IMG/VR virus record: IMGVR_UViG_2939319381_000001
Location: 1-64,000 of that record
DNA: 64,000 nt
Strand: one strand, 5' to 3'
Origin: a virus
Taxonomy: Duplodnaviria; Caudoviricetes
Shown: positions 1-9,801 of the stretch, in pieces
Position numbering within the stretch: position 1 is the stretch's first letter
Layout of the letters: each line of letters begins with the position of its first letter
Notes under the pieces: model-generated
Database searches by the model: none
Seen by the model: only the letters and a program-made list of their open reading frames with translations
Told to the model about the DNA's origin: nothing
Position numbers and translations under genes: made by a program

Positions 1-547
1 GGTCACACGTACGAGTGACCTTCCGCCCCACCCCTTCCCACCAGGCAGACCCCGCACTTGGCTGGAAACGCCGTACGCCCCGCTCGGGGCACGGCAGCAG
101 GGGCAGGGTGCCCCCACCCGGGTTCGCAGCACCCCTGCCCCTGCCCCCAGCCACCACCAGCAGGTACACCCAACCCCTACCCCCTGGCGAGAGTGGCGGT
201 CTACAATCTCCATCATCTGATGGGCATGCCCCGTGAGGTCTCAAGCCCCCGCCGGCTTGGGCGGCTGATGTCGGCGTCAAGCCCAGCCCCCACCAGGTGG
301 GGGCTTACCCATGCCCGACGATCACCCACCGCACCCATCCCGCACCCCTCCGTACGAGGATGGCCGGGACCATACCCCCAGCAGCGTCACCGCAGTATCA
401 AAAACCGGACCTGCCTTACCCACGTGACCGAATTGCTGTCACAGTGGCTTTCCCCGGTATAGGCCACCGGCAGCCACCTGGGGGAGACCGCGCGGACTGC
501 GACCGCGGGTCGCCCTTCCCAATGCCGGAGGAGCGGAGACGCCCCGT

Positions 548-955
548 ATGCCCTCATCAGCCGAGCCCGTACGCCACATGGGCAGCGACACCACCGGACC
601 CCCAGGCCCCAGCCCCGACACCCCGCCCGCCAGCACAAGCAACCGCGTCATCCCATTCGGCCGGCGCAACACCCGCACCGGCCAGGGCCGCCGCACCCCC
701 CAGCCCGCACAGCCGGAACGCGCCGTCGCCCCCGGCAGCCCCGAACAGCAACTCGCGGAAACGGCGGAAGCCTGGTTCCTCAAGCGCGGTACCAGCCTCA
801 CGGACGAGACGACCGCCGCCACCTATCGGGCCACCCTCGACCTGGTGCAGCTCATGCTCGACGGATCCCTCCACGAACAGATCGTCGGCGAGGACGAACA
901 CCGCCACCTGACCGGCATGGTCCGCGGTCTGCGGGACGCCCCTGACGCTCTGTGA
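548..955 (+). CDS. hypothetical protein
   Basis: ORF with GGAG RBS, high-GC3 codon usage and an ordered helical C-terminal half. Confidence 0.6.
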   Translation: MPSSAEPVRHMGSDTTGPPGPSPDTPPASTSNRVIPFGRRNTRTGQGRRTPQPAQPERAVAPGSPEQQLAETAEAWFLKRGTSLTDETTAATYRATLDLVQLMLDGSLHEQIVGEDEHRHLTGMVRGLRDAPDAL

Positions 956-1174
956 ATATGCCAACTGACAGTTCGGGCTGATGTGTGACGAGTCGGCAAC
1001 AGTCACACACAGCGCGTAGATCACTTAGTACGTTCTGTTCAACACGAGACCAAAGCGTGCCATCATGGGGCGTCCGGACTTACCCGGAGTGACAACCTCC
1101 GGCCACCGGCGCGCGCCCCGGCCCCACACCGCACCCCCCGCGCCCCCGGCCGGTCCAAGCGGGACGGGGACACC

Positions 1175-1708
1175 ATGCTGGGAGACGACACAACCGCTCA
1201 AAGGCTCCGGCTCCTCCAGGCGGAGTTCACCCAGCACCAACGCCGCGGACCCGGGGACGGGCGCACCGCCACCCGCACCGAATCACCCGCACCCCTCAAC
1301 CTCGGCGTCGTCGACTACATCACCAGCGCGACCACCGAGGTCGTAGAACACACCCGATCCATGGCCCCCGACGCTCAGCCGTTCGCCGGCCCCCTGCCCA
1401 GCCTCTACGCATGGTCCCGCCAGCAGACCGCCAACCTCGACGCGGAACGGCAAGCAGCCAGCGAGGCCCTGATCTACCGGCAGGGACTCGAGCACGCCCT
1501 CGCCATGGGCGACACCAACGTCGTCTGCGAACACCCCTGCCCCGCATGCGGATGCTGGGGCCTCCTCTGGCGGCCGGCCATCGAACGCGCCGCCTGCGTG
1601 CAGCGGTACTGCGTCGACAACGACGGCCTCTCCCACACATGGCCGCTCAAGACGCTCGCTCAGCAGCACATCGCCAAGAAAACTGCCGTCAACGCCCGTG
1701 CAACCTGA
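1175..1708 (+). CDS. hypothetical phage protein with C-terminal Cys cluster (CPAC...C...C)
   Basis: ORF with protein-like composition and a zinc-ribbon-like motif. Confidence 0.7.
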   Translation: MLGDDTTAQRLRLLQAEFTQHQRRGPGDGRTATRTESPAPLNLGVVDYITSATTEVVEHTRSMAPDAQPFAGPLPSLYAWSRQQTANLDAERQAASEALIYRQGLEHALAMGDTNVVCEHPCPACGCWGLLWRPAIERAACVQRYCVDNDGLSHTWPLKTLAQQHIAKKTAVNARAT

Positions 1709-1840
1709 CCGGCAGGTCAACGGTCTACCTAGCAACACCGCATTCTCATCACACAAAACCCTCAAGCGGACCCACCAGGTCCACCCCCGTGTCGGCCGCC
1801 GGAGCTGCGAACGATGGCCGCCCGACCCCGGGAGTACGCC

Positions 1841-2098
1841 ATGGCCATCGAGAGCATCGTCCCTCACCCGGTACCGAACGACCTGATGCCCCTGCAGACG
1901 ATCAGCGACCGCCTCCGATGTACGGGGCACCCCGCCTCCGTCAGCACGATCCGCCGGTGGATGGAGGAAGCGGAAGCCCGCAACGAGGCCATGTACACCG
2001 TGCGCCGGCGCTCCGCGAGGGGGTGGCGCAGAGACTACGTCTCCTTCTCCGACATCCTCCTCGTGCACCGCGACTGGGTGGCCAACAAGGAGCCCTGA
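1841..2098 (+). CDS. small HTH DNA-binding protein
   Basis: ISDRL...SVSTIRRW HTH-like pattern; GGGAG RBS. Confidence 0.6.
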   Translation: MAIESIVPHPVPNDLMPLQTISDRLRCTGHPASVSTIRRWMEEAEARNEAMYTVRRRSARGWRRDYVSFSDILLVHRDWVANKEP

Positions 2099-2116
2099 CC
2101 GGGCATCACTGAGACC

Positions 2117-2160
2117 AGCCCTCACCCCAATCCCCCGGGGGTGGGGGCTTCCTCATGCCC
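2117..2160 (+). terminator. putative intrinsic terminator
   Basis: GC stem (agccctcacccc / ggggtgggggct) right after the stop codon. Confidence 0.5.
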
Positions 2161-2174
2161 CGAGTTACCTCAAA

Positions 2175-2207
2175 CGTATTGCATAGCAATACGAGAGTGG
2201 GTACTGT
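2175..2207 (+). promoter_or_regulatory. operator palindrome CGTATTGC-ATA-GCAATACG overlapping promoter TTGCAT-N17-TACTGT
   Basis: Perfect 8-3-8 palindrome at 2175-2193; 17-bp -35/-10 spacing; motif occurs 4 times in the window. Confidence 0.8.
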
Positions 2208-2266
2208 GGTGTTCACCGGAAGGGAGACCACCCCCACCGGACCACCACCCCAACCAGGAGGCCGCC

Positions 2267-2611
2267 ATGGGCCACGCCGTGATGACGCACGCCCCCACAC
2301 AGGCCACCGAGATCCACCCCCACCACCTCCCGGCCACCCTCGCCGACCAAGTCAACGAACTCCTCGACCAGGCCAACGACTACGCCGACCACCGCGAACT
2401 CACCGCCAGCGCCATCCTCCACGCCCAGGTCATCCGCCTCACCGGCATCCGACCCCCCGCCAGCGGCGAACTCACCCGCTGCACCTGCCAGGCCTGCTAC
2501 TGCGGCTGCATCTTCGACGCCGCCAAGGCCCGCACCTACCTCGACGGCACCATCGAGTTCGTCCAGTGCATCCGCTGCGCCGACGAACACCGCCTCACCG
2601 GCGACGAGTAA
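2267..2611 (+). CDS. hypothetical Cys-rich phage protein
   Basis: AGGAGG RBS; CxCxxCxCxC and CxxC motifs. Confidence 0.65.
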   Translation: MGHAVMTHAPTQATEIHPHHLPATLADQVNELLDQANDYADHRELTASAILHAQVIRLTGIRPPASGELTRCTCQACYCGCIFDAAKARTYLDGTIEFVQCIRCADEHRLTGDE

Positions 2612-2718
2612 CACCCCAAGCCCCCCGGCCCCGAGTCGAGCACCACACCTACTGGGTGCGCAGTAGCTCCCGGGGCCGGGTGCACACCCCTTCCGCACCA
2701 CCGAACCCGGAGACAGCT

Positions 2719-2940
2719 ATGCCCATCACCCCCGCCACCACCATCGAGACCTTCCAGACCCCCGAGGGCAAGCAGTGGCGCCTCGCCGGGACCGGCAGCG
2801 ACGACACCCGCTACTTCGTCCCCGCCCACCTCGACCCCACGAAGATCCGCCCCAGCATCTGGGCATCGGAGACCCAGCTCCAGGCCGAGCTGGGCGACCT
2901 CACCCCCGTCACCGCTTCCGCCGACAAGGCCGCCGCCTGA
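2719..2940 (+). CDS. hypothetical protein
   Basis: GGAG RBS; translationally coupled to the next ORF. Confidence 0.55.
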   Translation: MPITPATTIETFQTPEGKQWRLAGTGSDDTRYFVPAHLDPTKIRPSIWASETQLQAELGDLTPVTASADKAAA

Positions 2941-3197
2941 TGGCCACCCCGGAAGAGCCGTACTGCACCGGCGACCGATGCGGCGACTGCATTCCTCCCC
3001 GGGACAAGGTCCACGGCGAGGACGACTGCTGCGAGGCCAGCTGCGGATGCTGCCCCCGCGTCGACGCCCACGGCCACTGCTTCCTCTACCCCGGCAGCGA
3101 GGAGGACTCGAAGTACTGCGACCAGCACGGCGAAAGGTGGCTCTTTGACCTCAGCCCCACCGCCGAACGCCGGTACCGCATCCTCCGCAACGCCTGA
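2940..3197 (+). CDS. hypothetical Cys-rich protein
   Basis: TGATG coupling; many Cys residues. Confidence 0.5.
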   Translation: MATPEEPYCTGDRCGDCIPPRDKVHGEDDCCEASCGCCPRVDAHGHCFLYPGSEEDSKYCDQHGERWLFDLSPTAERRYRILRNA

Positions 3198-3256
3198 CCG
3201 CCGTCCGCCCGGGGCCACCACGCCCCGGGCCCCACCTCGGAACAGGACGCCACCTG

Positions 3257-3550
3257 ATGACCCAGCAGCCCCTCATCCCCACCATCGCCCTCGACCTCCT
3301 CGACGACCACACCAACCCCGACCACGCCCACGGCCGCGCCGACGCCTACGACGACATCCACAACGGCACCCCCCTCACCGCCCTCCAGGACCGCATGGAG
3401 TGGATGACCGACCCCACCATCAGCGGCACCACCTACACCGCCGCCTACCTCACCGGCTACCGCGCCCAGATCGCCGACTGGCGGGCCTCCGCCCACGCCA
3501 ACCGCCGCGCCATCACCCACAACAACACCTACTGGACGGTCAGCCGATGA
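3257..3550 (+). CDS. hypothetical protein
   Basis: ORF with typical codon bias; ATGA overlap with the next ORF. Confidence 0.6.
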   Translation: MTQQPLIPTIALDLLDDHTNPDHAHGRADAYDDIHNGTPLTALQDRMEWMTDPTISGTTYTAAYLTGYRAQIADWRASAHANRRAITHNNTYWTVSR

Positions 3551-4089
3551 ACGACGAAATCTTCTGGGCCGAGCAGCGCGCCATCGACGCCGCCAGTCGC
3601 GGCCAGCAGGCCGACCCCACCGCATGTGGCACCTGCCAGGACAACGTGAAGGCTGGCGAGCAGGTCGAGCACGAGGAGTGCGCCCAGCGCGCCACCCTCC
3701 TGCAGGCCCCCGACCACCCCAGCTACGAACTCCTCGCGGGCGTCTCCATGGAGGAGAACGCGAAGCTCCCGGCCCGCTTCCACATCCCCGTCTTCGACGA
3801 CTGCGGCAAGCCGAATGCCTGGCTGTGCGCGGTCTGCCAGGAAGAGGGCGCTGTCAGCCTGTGGCCGTGCAAAACGGCCACGGAGCAGGGCACGAAGGTC
3901 TTCACCCCGGCCCATGAGGCCGAGACCGCGTTGCGGCGGCAGGCCGCCCGTATTGCCGAGCTGGAGAAGGCCGCCCGTAAGGCTCAGGAGCCCATGGAGC
4001 GTCTGGCTCTGGCGTTCGAGAACACCGGCGAGCCGGAGATCGGCCGACAGATCCGTTCCGCCATCAAGGCAGGCGCCGCCACCCAGTGA
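3547..4089 (+). CDS. hypothetical phage protein (CAVC...WPCxT motif)
   Basis: ATGA coupling; phage-typical WPC-T motif and coiled coil. Confidence 0.6.
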   Translation: MNDEIFWAEQRAIDAASRGQQADPTACGTCQDNVKAGEQVEHEECAQRATLLQAPDHPSYELLAGVSMEENAKLPARFHIPVFDDCGKPNAWLCAVCQEEGAVSLWPCKTATEQGTKVFTPAHEAETALRRQAARIAELEKAARKAQEPMERLALAFENTGEPEIGRQIRSAIKAGAATQ

Positions 4090-4222
4090 TCTGGCCGCCT
4101 ACCGCACCCGCCGTCATCGCCGCCGTGCTGGGACTTATCGCCATCGCCATGATCTACGCCTCCCAGCACGGCATCGGCACCACCACACCGAACCCCCAGG
4201 ACCCGCCGGACGGAGACCCGCC

Positions 4223-4795
4223 GTGAGCCGCAAAACCCACACCAAGAAACGCCCCACCCCCACCACCACAAAGCCGGCCACCGTCCGCGCCGTCCTCCCC
4301 GTACGCCCCACCACCGGCCCCGAGTTCATCACCGAACAGCAGATGAACGCCGCCTACGCCGCCCGCCTCCACGGGCTCCCCGCCACCGCGATACGCGCCT
4401 GGACCCCCAACCCCGACGGAACCGTCCACATCGCCTTCCCCTCCGGCAACCGCATCCACCACACCCCGGCCGGCTTCACCGCCATCACCCCCTGCGCCAC
4501 CGGCTACACCCACCAGACGCCGATAGCCGACCGCGACCAGCTCAACACCGCGGTTCACACCGCCGCCCAGTGCACCAGCCTCCACGGTCGGCCCCGCACC
4601 CTCACCCTGCACCAGGCCGCCACCACCGCCGAGGACACCCAGACCCTCGACGTCACCGACCTCCGCGCCGACCACGACCAAGCGCAGCCCCACCCCACCG
4701 AGACCACCCCCGGCTACGACATCGCCCTCGCCGCCGCCGAAGCCCACGGCCACGCCGCCGCCCAACACCAGAACCAGGAGGCTCCCCGTGCCTGA
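4223..4795 (+). CDS. hypothetical protein
   Basis: GTG start with GGAG RBS; coupled to neighbours. Confidence 0.55.
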   Translation: MSRKTHTKKRPTPTTTKPATVRAVLPVRPTTGPEFITEQQMNAAYAARLHGLPATAIRAWTPNPDGTVHIAFPSGNRIHHTPAGFTAITPCATGYTHQTPIADRDQLNTAVHTAAQCTSLHGRPRTLTLHQAATTAEDTQTLDVTDLRADHDQAQPHPTETTPGYDIALAAAEAHGHAAAQHQNQEAPRA

Positions 4796-5135
4796 GGCCC
4801 ACGACCAGACGTACATCGAAGCCCTCGGCGCCGACCTCGCCCAACAGAACCCCAACGCCCTCGTCCTCGCCGAGAACGGCACCAACCAGCTCGGCCAGCC
4901 GTATCCCCGCCACCCCGGCTGGCGCAACTGGAACGGCAACCTCACCCGCATCGGCCACCACGACCGCGACACCTTCGTCCTGGAGGCCAACGCGATCCTC
5001 CCCGGGACCATGCACACCGACCGCGCCCACCACCGTCACGCCCGCCTCGCCAACGGCACCTGGACCCGCTGCCACGCCACCGACGACGGCGCCGTCCCCC
5101 TCACCATCGCCATCACCCAAACCCGCGATGACTGA
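4788..5135 (+). CDS. hypothetical protein
   Basis: AGGAGG RBS; ORF in an operon. Confidence 0.55.
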   Translation: MPEAHDQTYIEALGADLAQQNPNALVLAENGTNQLGQPYPRHPGWRNWNGNLTRIGHHDRDTFVLEANAILPGTMHTDRAHHRHARLANGTWTRCHATDDGAVPLTIAITQTRDD

Positions 5136-5349
5136 GTACGAAGCCTCCTGCCTCGGCAAGACGTGCTTCCCCAGCCGCCGCCGAGCCCGCCGCCGCGCGA
5201 GGCAGATACGCGGCCAAGGCGGACCCCGCTTCCACACCTACCGCTGCCGGTACTGCGCCGGCACGCATCTAGGCCACGCCGCGGGAGACGCCTCCTACCT
5301 CCGCGACAGCTACCACGGCCCCATCCACGTGAAGGAGCTCACCCCGTGA
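5128..5349 (+). CDS. small zinc-binding phage protein (YRCxxCxxxHL)
   Basis: CxGK...YRCRYCAGTHLGH motif common in actinophages. Confidence 0.6.
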   Translation: MTEYEASCLGKTCFPSRRRARRRARQIRGQGGPRFHTYRCRYCAGTHLGHAAGDASYLRDSYHGPIHVKELTP

Positions 5350-5864
5350 CCACCGCGCCCCTCCTCGAACGGCACCACCGCCTGACCATCGTCGTCCACG
5401 GCCGGCCAGCACCCCAGGGCAGTAAGCGCTATGCCGGGCACCGCCTCAACTCCGCGTCCGGCCGAGTGTCCGCCGTCCTCGTCGAGCAGTCCAAGCGCGT
5501 CAAGCCCTGGCGAGCCCTCGTCACCCGCGCCACCGAAGAAGCCATGCGAGCCGGACACATCGGCAAGGTCCCCATCCACTACCCCCCGCTCGACGGTCCC
5601 CTCGAAGCCGGCATCACCTTCACCGTCCTCAAGCCCGCCAGCGCCCCCAAACGCAAGCGCACCTGGCCCACCACCCGGCACTCCGGGGACGTCGACAAGC
5701 TCATCCGCTCCACCTTCGACGGCATCGCCGACGCCGCCGCCATCGCCGACGACTCCCGCATCATCCGCGTCACTGCCACCAAGGCCTTCCCCAGCGAACA
5801 CCCCGACGCCCTCGACCAGCCCGGCGCCATCATCCGCCTCTACACCCTCGGAGACCCGACATGA
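5346..5864 (+). CDS. rusA: RusA-family Holliday junction resolvase
   Basis: GRPAPQGSK, KPWR, GDVDKLIRSTFDGI and DDSRII motifs. Confidence 0.9.
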   Translation: MTTAPLLERHHRLTIVVHGRPAPQGSKRYAGHRLNSASGRVSAVLVEQSKRVKPWRALVTRATEEAMRAGHIGKVPIHYPPLDGPLEAGITFTVLKPASAPKRKRTWPTTRHSGDVDKLIRSTFDGIADAAAIADDSRIIRVTATKAFPSEHPDALDQPGAIIRLYTLGDPT

Positions 5865-6691
5865 AGGGCCCCACCACCCCCGAGCAGAAAGACCGCATAG
5901 CCCGCTCGAAGGCGCGTGCCGCCCTACAACGCTGGAGGGAGAGCGGCGGCAATCCGCTCAACACAAGGGAGAGCCGGTCGGCCATCAACTGGACTCTGCG
6001 CGAGAAGGGCATCCCTGCGAAAGCGTGCTCGCAGTGCTTCACGGTCAAGTCGTTGGCTTCCTACCCAAGCTTCGCGAGCTCCGCTGACGGGCTGAGAAGC
6101 TACTGCCGAGACTGCAAGGCCGCGAATCACGCCACTCGGTCGGCAACAGACCCTGTGTACATCCAGAAGCGCCGCCAAGCCGCCGTGGCCTACTACCACG
6201 CTAACGCCACCGCGCGACGCGAGTACTCGATCAGGTACTCGAAGCGGAAGCGGCAAGCCAACCTGATCAAGAACGCCGCCAAGATCCAAGATCCCAACAT
6301 CCTCAAACGATGCATAGGCGCTTGCGGGCGCACCCTCCCGGAGACCCACTTCAGGCTCGACCGGGGCAAGGACGACGGGCTGCGCGCCAGATGCCGAGAC
6401 TGCGCTGACAGCTCCCTGCGCGCCCGACGGGCCTGCACCCAGGAATACGGCGGGCCAACTGGCCAGACCTGCTACCTGTGCATGAGCACCATCGGGAGCC
6501 ATGCGCAAGCGCACGCCGACCACCTTCACCCCACAAGCGCCGGCGGAAGCGACGAAGCCAGCAACATCTGGTGGACCCACGAGTTCTGCAACATCGCCCG
6601 CGGTGCCCGCCCCCTCACACCCGACGAGTGGGACCAAGTGCGAAGCCTCCAGCAACGAGCGTCCGCAGCCACCAAGGAGATGGCCTCATGA
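5861..6691 (+). CDS. HNH endonuclease with repeated Cys zinc modules
   Basis: CxxC...DGLRxxCRDC occurs twice; C-terminal CYLC...ADHLHP...GGSD...HEFCN. Confidence 0.8.
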   Translation: MKGPTTPEQKDRIARSKARAALQRWRESGGNPLNTRESRSAINWTLREKGIPAKACSQCFTVKSLASYPSFASSADGLRSYCRDCKAANHATRSATDPVYIQKRRQAAVAYYHANATARREYSIRYSKRKRQANLIKNAAKIQDPNILKRCIGACGRTLPETHFRLDRGKDDGLRARCRDCADSSLRARRACTQEYGGPTGQTCYLCMSTIGSHAQAHADHLHPTSAGGSDEASNIWWTHEFCNIARGARPLTPDEWDQVRSLQQRASAATKEMAS

Positions 6692-7170
6692 CCACCCAGA
6701 CCCCCGCCAACCGCCGCGCCATAACAATTGCCGCCCCGGACCCCAACTGGCGCTCGTACAGCGCCTGCCGGGACGTGGACCCGGAGCTGTTTTTCCCGCA
6801 CCGGGAGGACGGGCCGTGGGCTGAGCAGGTCGCTGATGCGAAGTCGGTCTGCTCGTGGTGCCCGGTCCGGCAGCAGTGCTTGGACTGGGCGTTGGAGACC
6901 CGGCAGGACACCGGGGTGTGGGGCGGCCTGTCGGAGTCCGAGCGGCGCTCCATGCACCGCCGGATCCGCCGGTACGACACCAGGATGCCGGGAGTGCCGG
7001 AGCAGATCATCCAGCACCGCCTGGCGGAGTTCGAGGCTGCGATGGCGGCCGGTGACGGGGTGGGCAGTGTGGCCCGGGCACTGGGAACGAACGTGACGAC
7101 CGTGAACACCGTCCTTGCCTTGTTGGACGAGCGGAAGCAGCTGGCCGCGGCCTCCGAGGAGGTGGCGTGA
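6688..7170 (+). CDS. whiB: WhiB-family Fe-S transcription factor
   Basis: ACRDVDPELFFP, AKSVCSWCPVRQQCL and GVWGGLSESER; C-terminal HTH-like extension. Confidence 0.92.
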   Translation: MTTQTPANRRAITIAAPDPNWRSYSACRDVDPELFFPHREDGPWAEQVADAKSVCSWCPVRQQCLDWALETRQDTGVWGGLSESERRSMHRRIRRYDTRMPGVPEQIIQHRLAEFEAAMAAGDGVGSVARALGTNVTTVNTVLALLDERKQLAAASEEVA

Positions 7171-8099
7171 TGCCGGGGACGTTGCCCCCGCACGGGACCT
7201 CCAGCCGATACGCCCGCGGTTGCCGCGGGGAGGCATGCACCAAGGCCGCGTCAAGGGCCGACCTCCAACGGAAGGTGGACCGCGCCGCAGGAAAGCCTCG
7301 GACGGTATCCGCTGGCCCGGCTGCGGAGCACGTTCGCAAGCTGGTCGCCCAGGGGTTGAGCTACATGCAGATCGAGCGGGCGTGCGGTGTCAGCCCTGCG
7401 GCTGTGGCCCGGCTCCTGAACGGGCAGAAGCGGATCTTTCTGGAGAACGAGAAGAAGATCCTCGCAGTGCCCCTGTCGGTGCGCGTAGACCTCGGCGACG
7501 TACCCGCGTGCGGCGCTGTCCGCCGGGTGCGGGCCTTGTACGCCCTGGGGCACTTCAACCTTCAGATCGCTGCTGCGGCAGGTATGTCCCGCGACGCCAT
7601 CGGGCACTTGGCCGCGGGCCGGTACCAGACGCTGAAGGTCAAAGCGGATGACGGTATTCGAGCGGCGTACGACCAGCTGTCGATGCAGGCCGGTTCGTCA
7701 TGGAAGACCCGGAAGCTCGCAGAGGAGCGCGGGTGGGCGCCTCCGCTGGCGTGGGACGACGACACGATCGACGACCCGGCCGCGGTACCGCAGCTCGACG
7801 CCCCACAGGCCGGGTTCACCGAAGGCGACGACGTGGCGAACCGGTTCCTGATGGGCGAGTCCGTCGTCCTGGACCGGGAGGCACGCCGTGCCGTGATCTG
7901 CCACCTCATGGAGTGGAGCACCGAGACCCCGGAAGAGATCGGAAGCCGCCTCGAGATGAGCGAGGGCGCGGTGTCTCAGGTGTGGGTGCGGGTGAAGCGT
8001 GAGGCCCGGATCGCGGGCCAGCCCGTTCCGTGGCGGCGCGTGTACGTGTCGCTGAGTGAAATGAATCTGACCAAGGACGACTTGAGGAGTGCAGCCTGA
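7167..8099 (+). CDS. multi-HTH DNA-binding phage protein with N-terminal HGT...GCRxxxC motif
   Basis: Several HTH-like segments; WAPPLAWDDDTIDDP motif seen in actinophage proteins. Confidence 0.7.
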   Translation: MMPGTLPPHGTSSRYARGCRGEACTKAASRADLQRKVDRAAGKPRTVSAGPAAEHVRKLVAQGLSYMQIERACGVSPAAVARLLNGQKRIFLENEKKILAVPLSVRVDLGDVPACGAVRRVRALYALGHFNLQIAAAAGMSRDAIGHLAAGRYQTLKVKADDGIRAAYDQLSMQAGSSWKTRKLAEERGWAPPLAWDDDTIDDPAAVPQLDAPQAGFTEGDDVANRFLMGESVVLDREARRAVICHLMEWSTETPEEIGSRLEMSEGAVSQVWVRVKREARIAGQPVPWRRVYVSLSEMNLTKDDLRSAA

Positions 8100-8225
8100 C
8101 CGGGCTGTGTGAATCACCTGAAAAACATGGTCTGACCTGCGAAAATATAGGTACGGGGCCGCTGGTGTTATCAGCACCAGCGGCCCCTAACTCACCATCC
8201 GACATCACCGGAAGGAGGGCTGATC

Positions 8226-8924
8226 GTGGACTCTACACAGCCACGTCTGCCGCTGCGAAAGCGGAAGCCCAACGACACCTGCGACCTCCCCGACTGTGAC
8301 GCTCCGTTCGTTGCCCGTGGGATGTGCCGTAAGCACTACATGGCCTGGCACCGAGCCACACCCAGAGAGGCTCGGAAGCCTGCGCCAGGCTTCAGCCGGC
8401 TCACCGTAGCTGAACGGTTCAACAGCAAGGTGGCACAGGGTGCTCCCGACGAATGCTGGCCCTTCACGGGATCTCAGCATGGGTTCGGGCACGGTCAGTT
8501 CTTCATCTCCAAGGACCGCGGTCTCGTTCCAGCTCACGCCTTCGCCCTGGAACTGGCAACCGGCGAGCCGTGCCCGGCCGGAATGGAGACCTGCCACCAC
8601 TGCGACAACCCGCCTTGCTGCAACCCGGCGCACCTGTACTTCGGCACGCGGCAACAGAACGTCGATGACATGTGGCGCAGGGGGCGGGCCAAGCGAGGAA
8701 GTCGGCACAGCAATGCTCAGCTGACCGAGGAGGCCGTGGTGCTGATTCGGCAGCGATACAAGGCTGGCGAGTTCGCGAAGACCCTCGCCGCAGAGTTCAA
8801 CGTCCGCGAGGCCGCAGTTACTGCCGTCGTGCTGGGCAAAACGTGGAAGCACGTCGGCGGCCCGATCCACATACCGAGGAGCCCGAGAGGGCTTCAGCTG
8901 ATCCAGAAGAGGAGCGCAGCCTGA
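8226..8924 (+). CDS. HNH homing endonuclease
   Basis: [35 protein letters not shown] and a C-terminal HTH. Confidence 0.9.
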   Translation: MDSTQPRLPLRKRKPNDTCDLPDCDAPFVARGMCRKHYMAWHRATPREARKPAPGFSRLTVAERFNSKVAQGAPDECWPFTGSQHGFGHGQFFISKDRGLVPAHAFALELATGEPCPAGMETCHHCDNPPCCNPAHLYFGTRQQNVDDMWRRGRAKRGSRHSNAQLTEEAVVLIRQRYKAGEFAKTLAAEFNVREAAVTAVVLGKTWKHVGGPIHIPRSPRGLQLIQKRSAA

Positions 8925-9454
8925 TGGCTGGAGAGTGCGTTATTACGATCGTCGGCAACCTCGTAGACGAGCCCGAACTGAGGTGGACCCCGGCGGGTGC
9001 CGCGGTAGCCAAGTTCCGGGTGGCGTCGACCCCGCGCATCTTCGATCGGCAGACCAATGAGTGGAAGGACGGCGAGGGCTTGTTCCTGACGTGCTCGGTG
9101 TGGCGTCAGGCGGCAGAGAACGCCGCTGAGACGTTGACGCGCGGCATGCGGGTCATCGTGCAGGGCCGACTGAAGCAGCGGTCGTACGAGGACCGGGAAG
9201 GAGTCAAGAGGACCGTGTACGAGCTCGACGTGGACGATGTCGGCCCCAGCCTGAAGAGCGCGACGGCGAAGGTGACGAAGGTGTCCTCGAGCGGTTCCGG
9301 CGGCCAGGGCCAGGGCCGGGGGCAGGCGCAGCAGGGTGCGTCGGCGGATGATCCGTGGGCGTCGGGCGCTCCGGCGGCGGCACCGGCCGGTGGTGGGTGG
9401 GGGAGTGGCGCCCAGGGCGGTGGGGCGTACGCGGGGGATGAACCTCCTTTCTGA
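8924..9454 (+). CDS. ssb: single-stranded DNA-binding protein
   Basis: [28 protein letters not shown]; Gly-rich linker and acidic DEPPF tail. Confidence 0.97.
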   Translation: MAGECVITIVGNLVDEPELRWTPAGAAVAKFRVASTPRIFDRQTNEWKDGEGLFLTCSVWRQAAENAAETLTRGMRVIVQGRLKQRSYEDREGVKRTVYELDVDDVGPSLKSATAKVTKVSSSGSGGQGQGRGQAQQGASADDPWASGAPAAAPAGGGWGSGAQGGGAYAGDEPPF

Positions 9455-9471
9455 TCTTGATGGCGCATGGC

Positions 9472-9508
9472 GAGGGTCCGGTCTCTTCGGGGGTCGGGCC
9501 CTTTGTTG
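9472..9508 (+). terminator. intrinsic terminator after ssb
   Basis: gagggtccggtctc-ttcg-ggggtcgggccc stem-loop followed by TTTGTT. Confidence 0.65.
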
Positions 9509-9535
9509 TGCCCGGGTGCACCATGACACCTGAAA

Positions 9536-9568
9536 CGTATTGCTATGCAATACGAGAATGGGTATGGT
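9536..9568 (+). promoter_or_regulatory. operator palindrome CGTATTGC-TAT-GCAATACG overlapping promoter TTGCTA-N17-TATGGT
   Basis: Second copy of the repeated operator/promoter. Confidence 0.8.
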
Positions 9569-9606
9569 GGTGACACCGCACCACACCACCCCAAAGGGGG
9601 CCCACC

Positions 9607-9801
9607 GTGCCGGAACTCCGCCTCCTCGACCCCGACGGCTACGTCGTCCCCGAGGGTCGCATCACCATCACCCCCACCACCGAACTCAAAGCCCGTGCCG
9701 ACCTCAAGGCGCTCGCCCGCGACCACGCCGACCGGTACACCCACGCCCGCTACGACCACCGCAACTACCGCATCATCACCGCCCCGGAAGGCCCCCGATG
9801 A
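9607..9801 (+). CDS. hypothetical protein
   Basis: First ORF after the promoter; coupled to the next ORF. Confidence 0.55.
   Translation: MPELRLLDPDGYVVPEGRITITPTTELKARADLKALARDHADRYTHARYDHRNYRIITAPEGPR

Noticed and set aside
202-316. TACAAT box followed by hairpins, a possible sRNA
   Set aside because: No recognisable -35 or RNA family; the hairpin resembles ordinary terminators in this element
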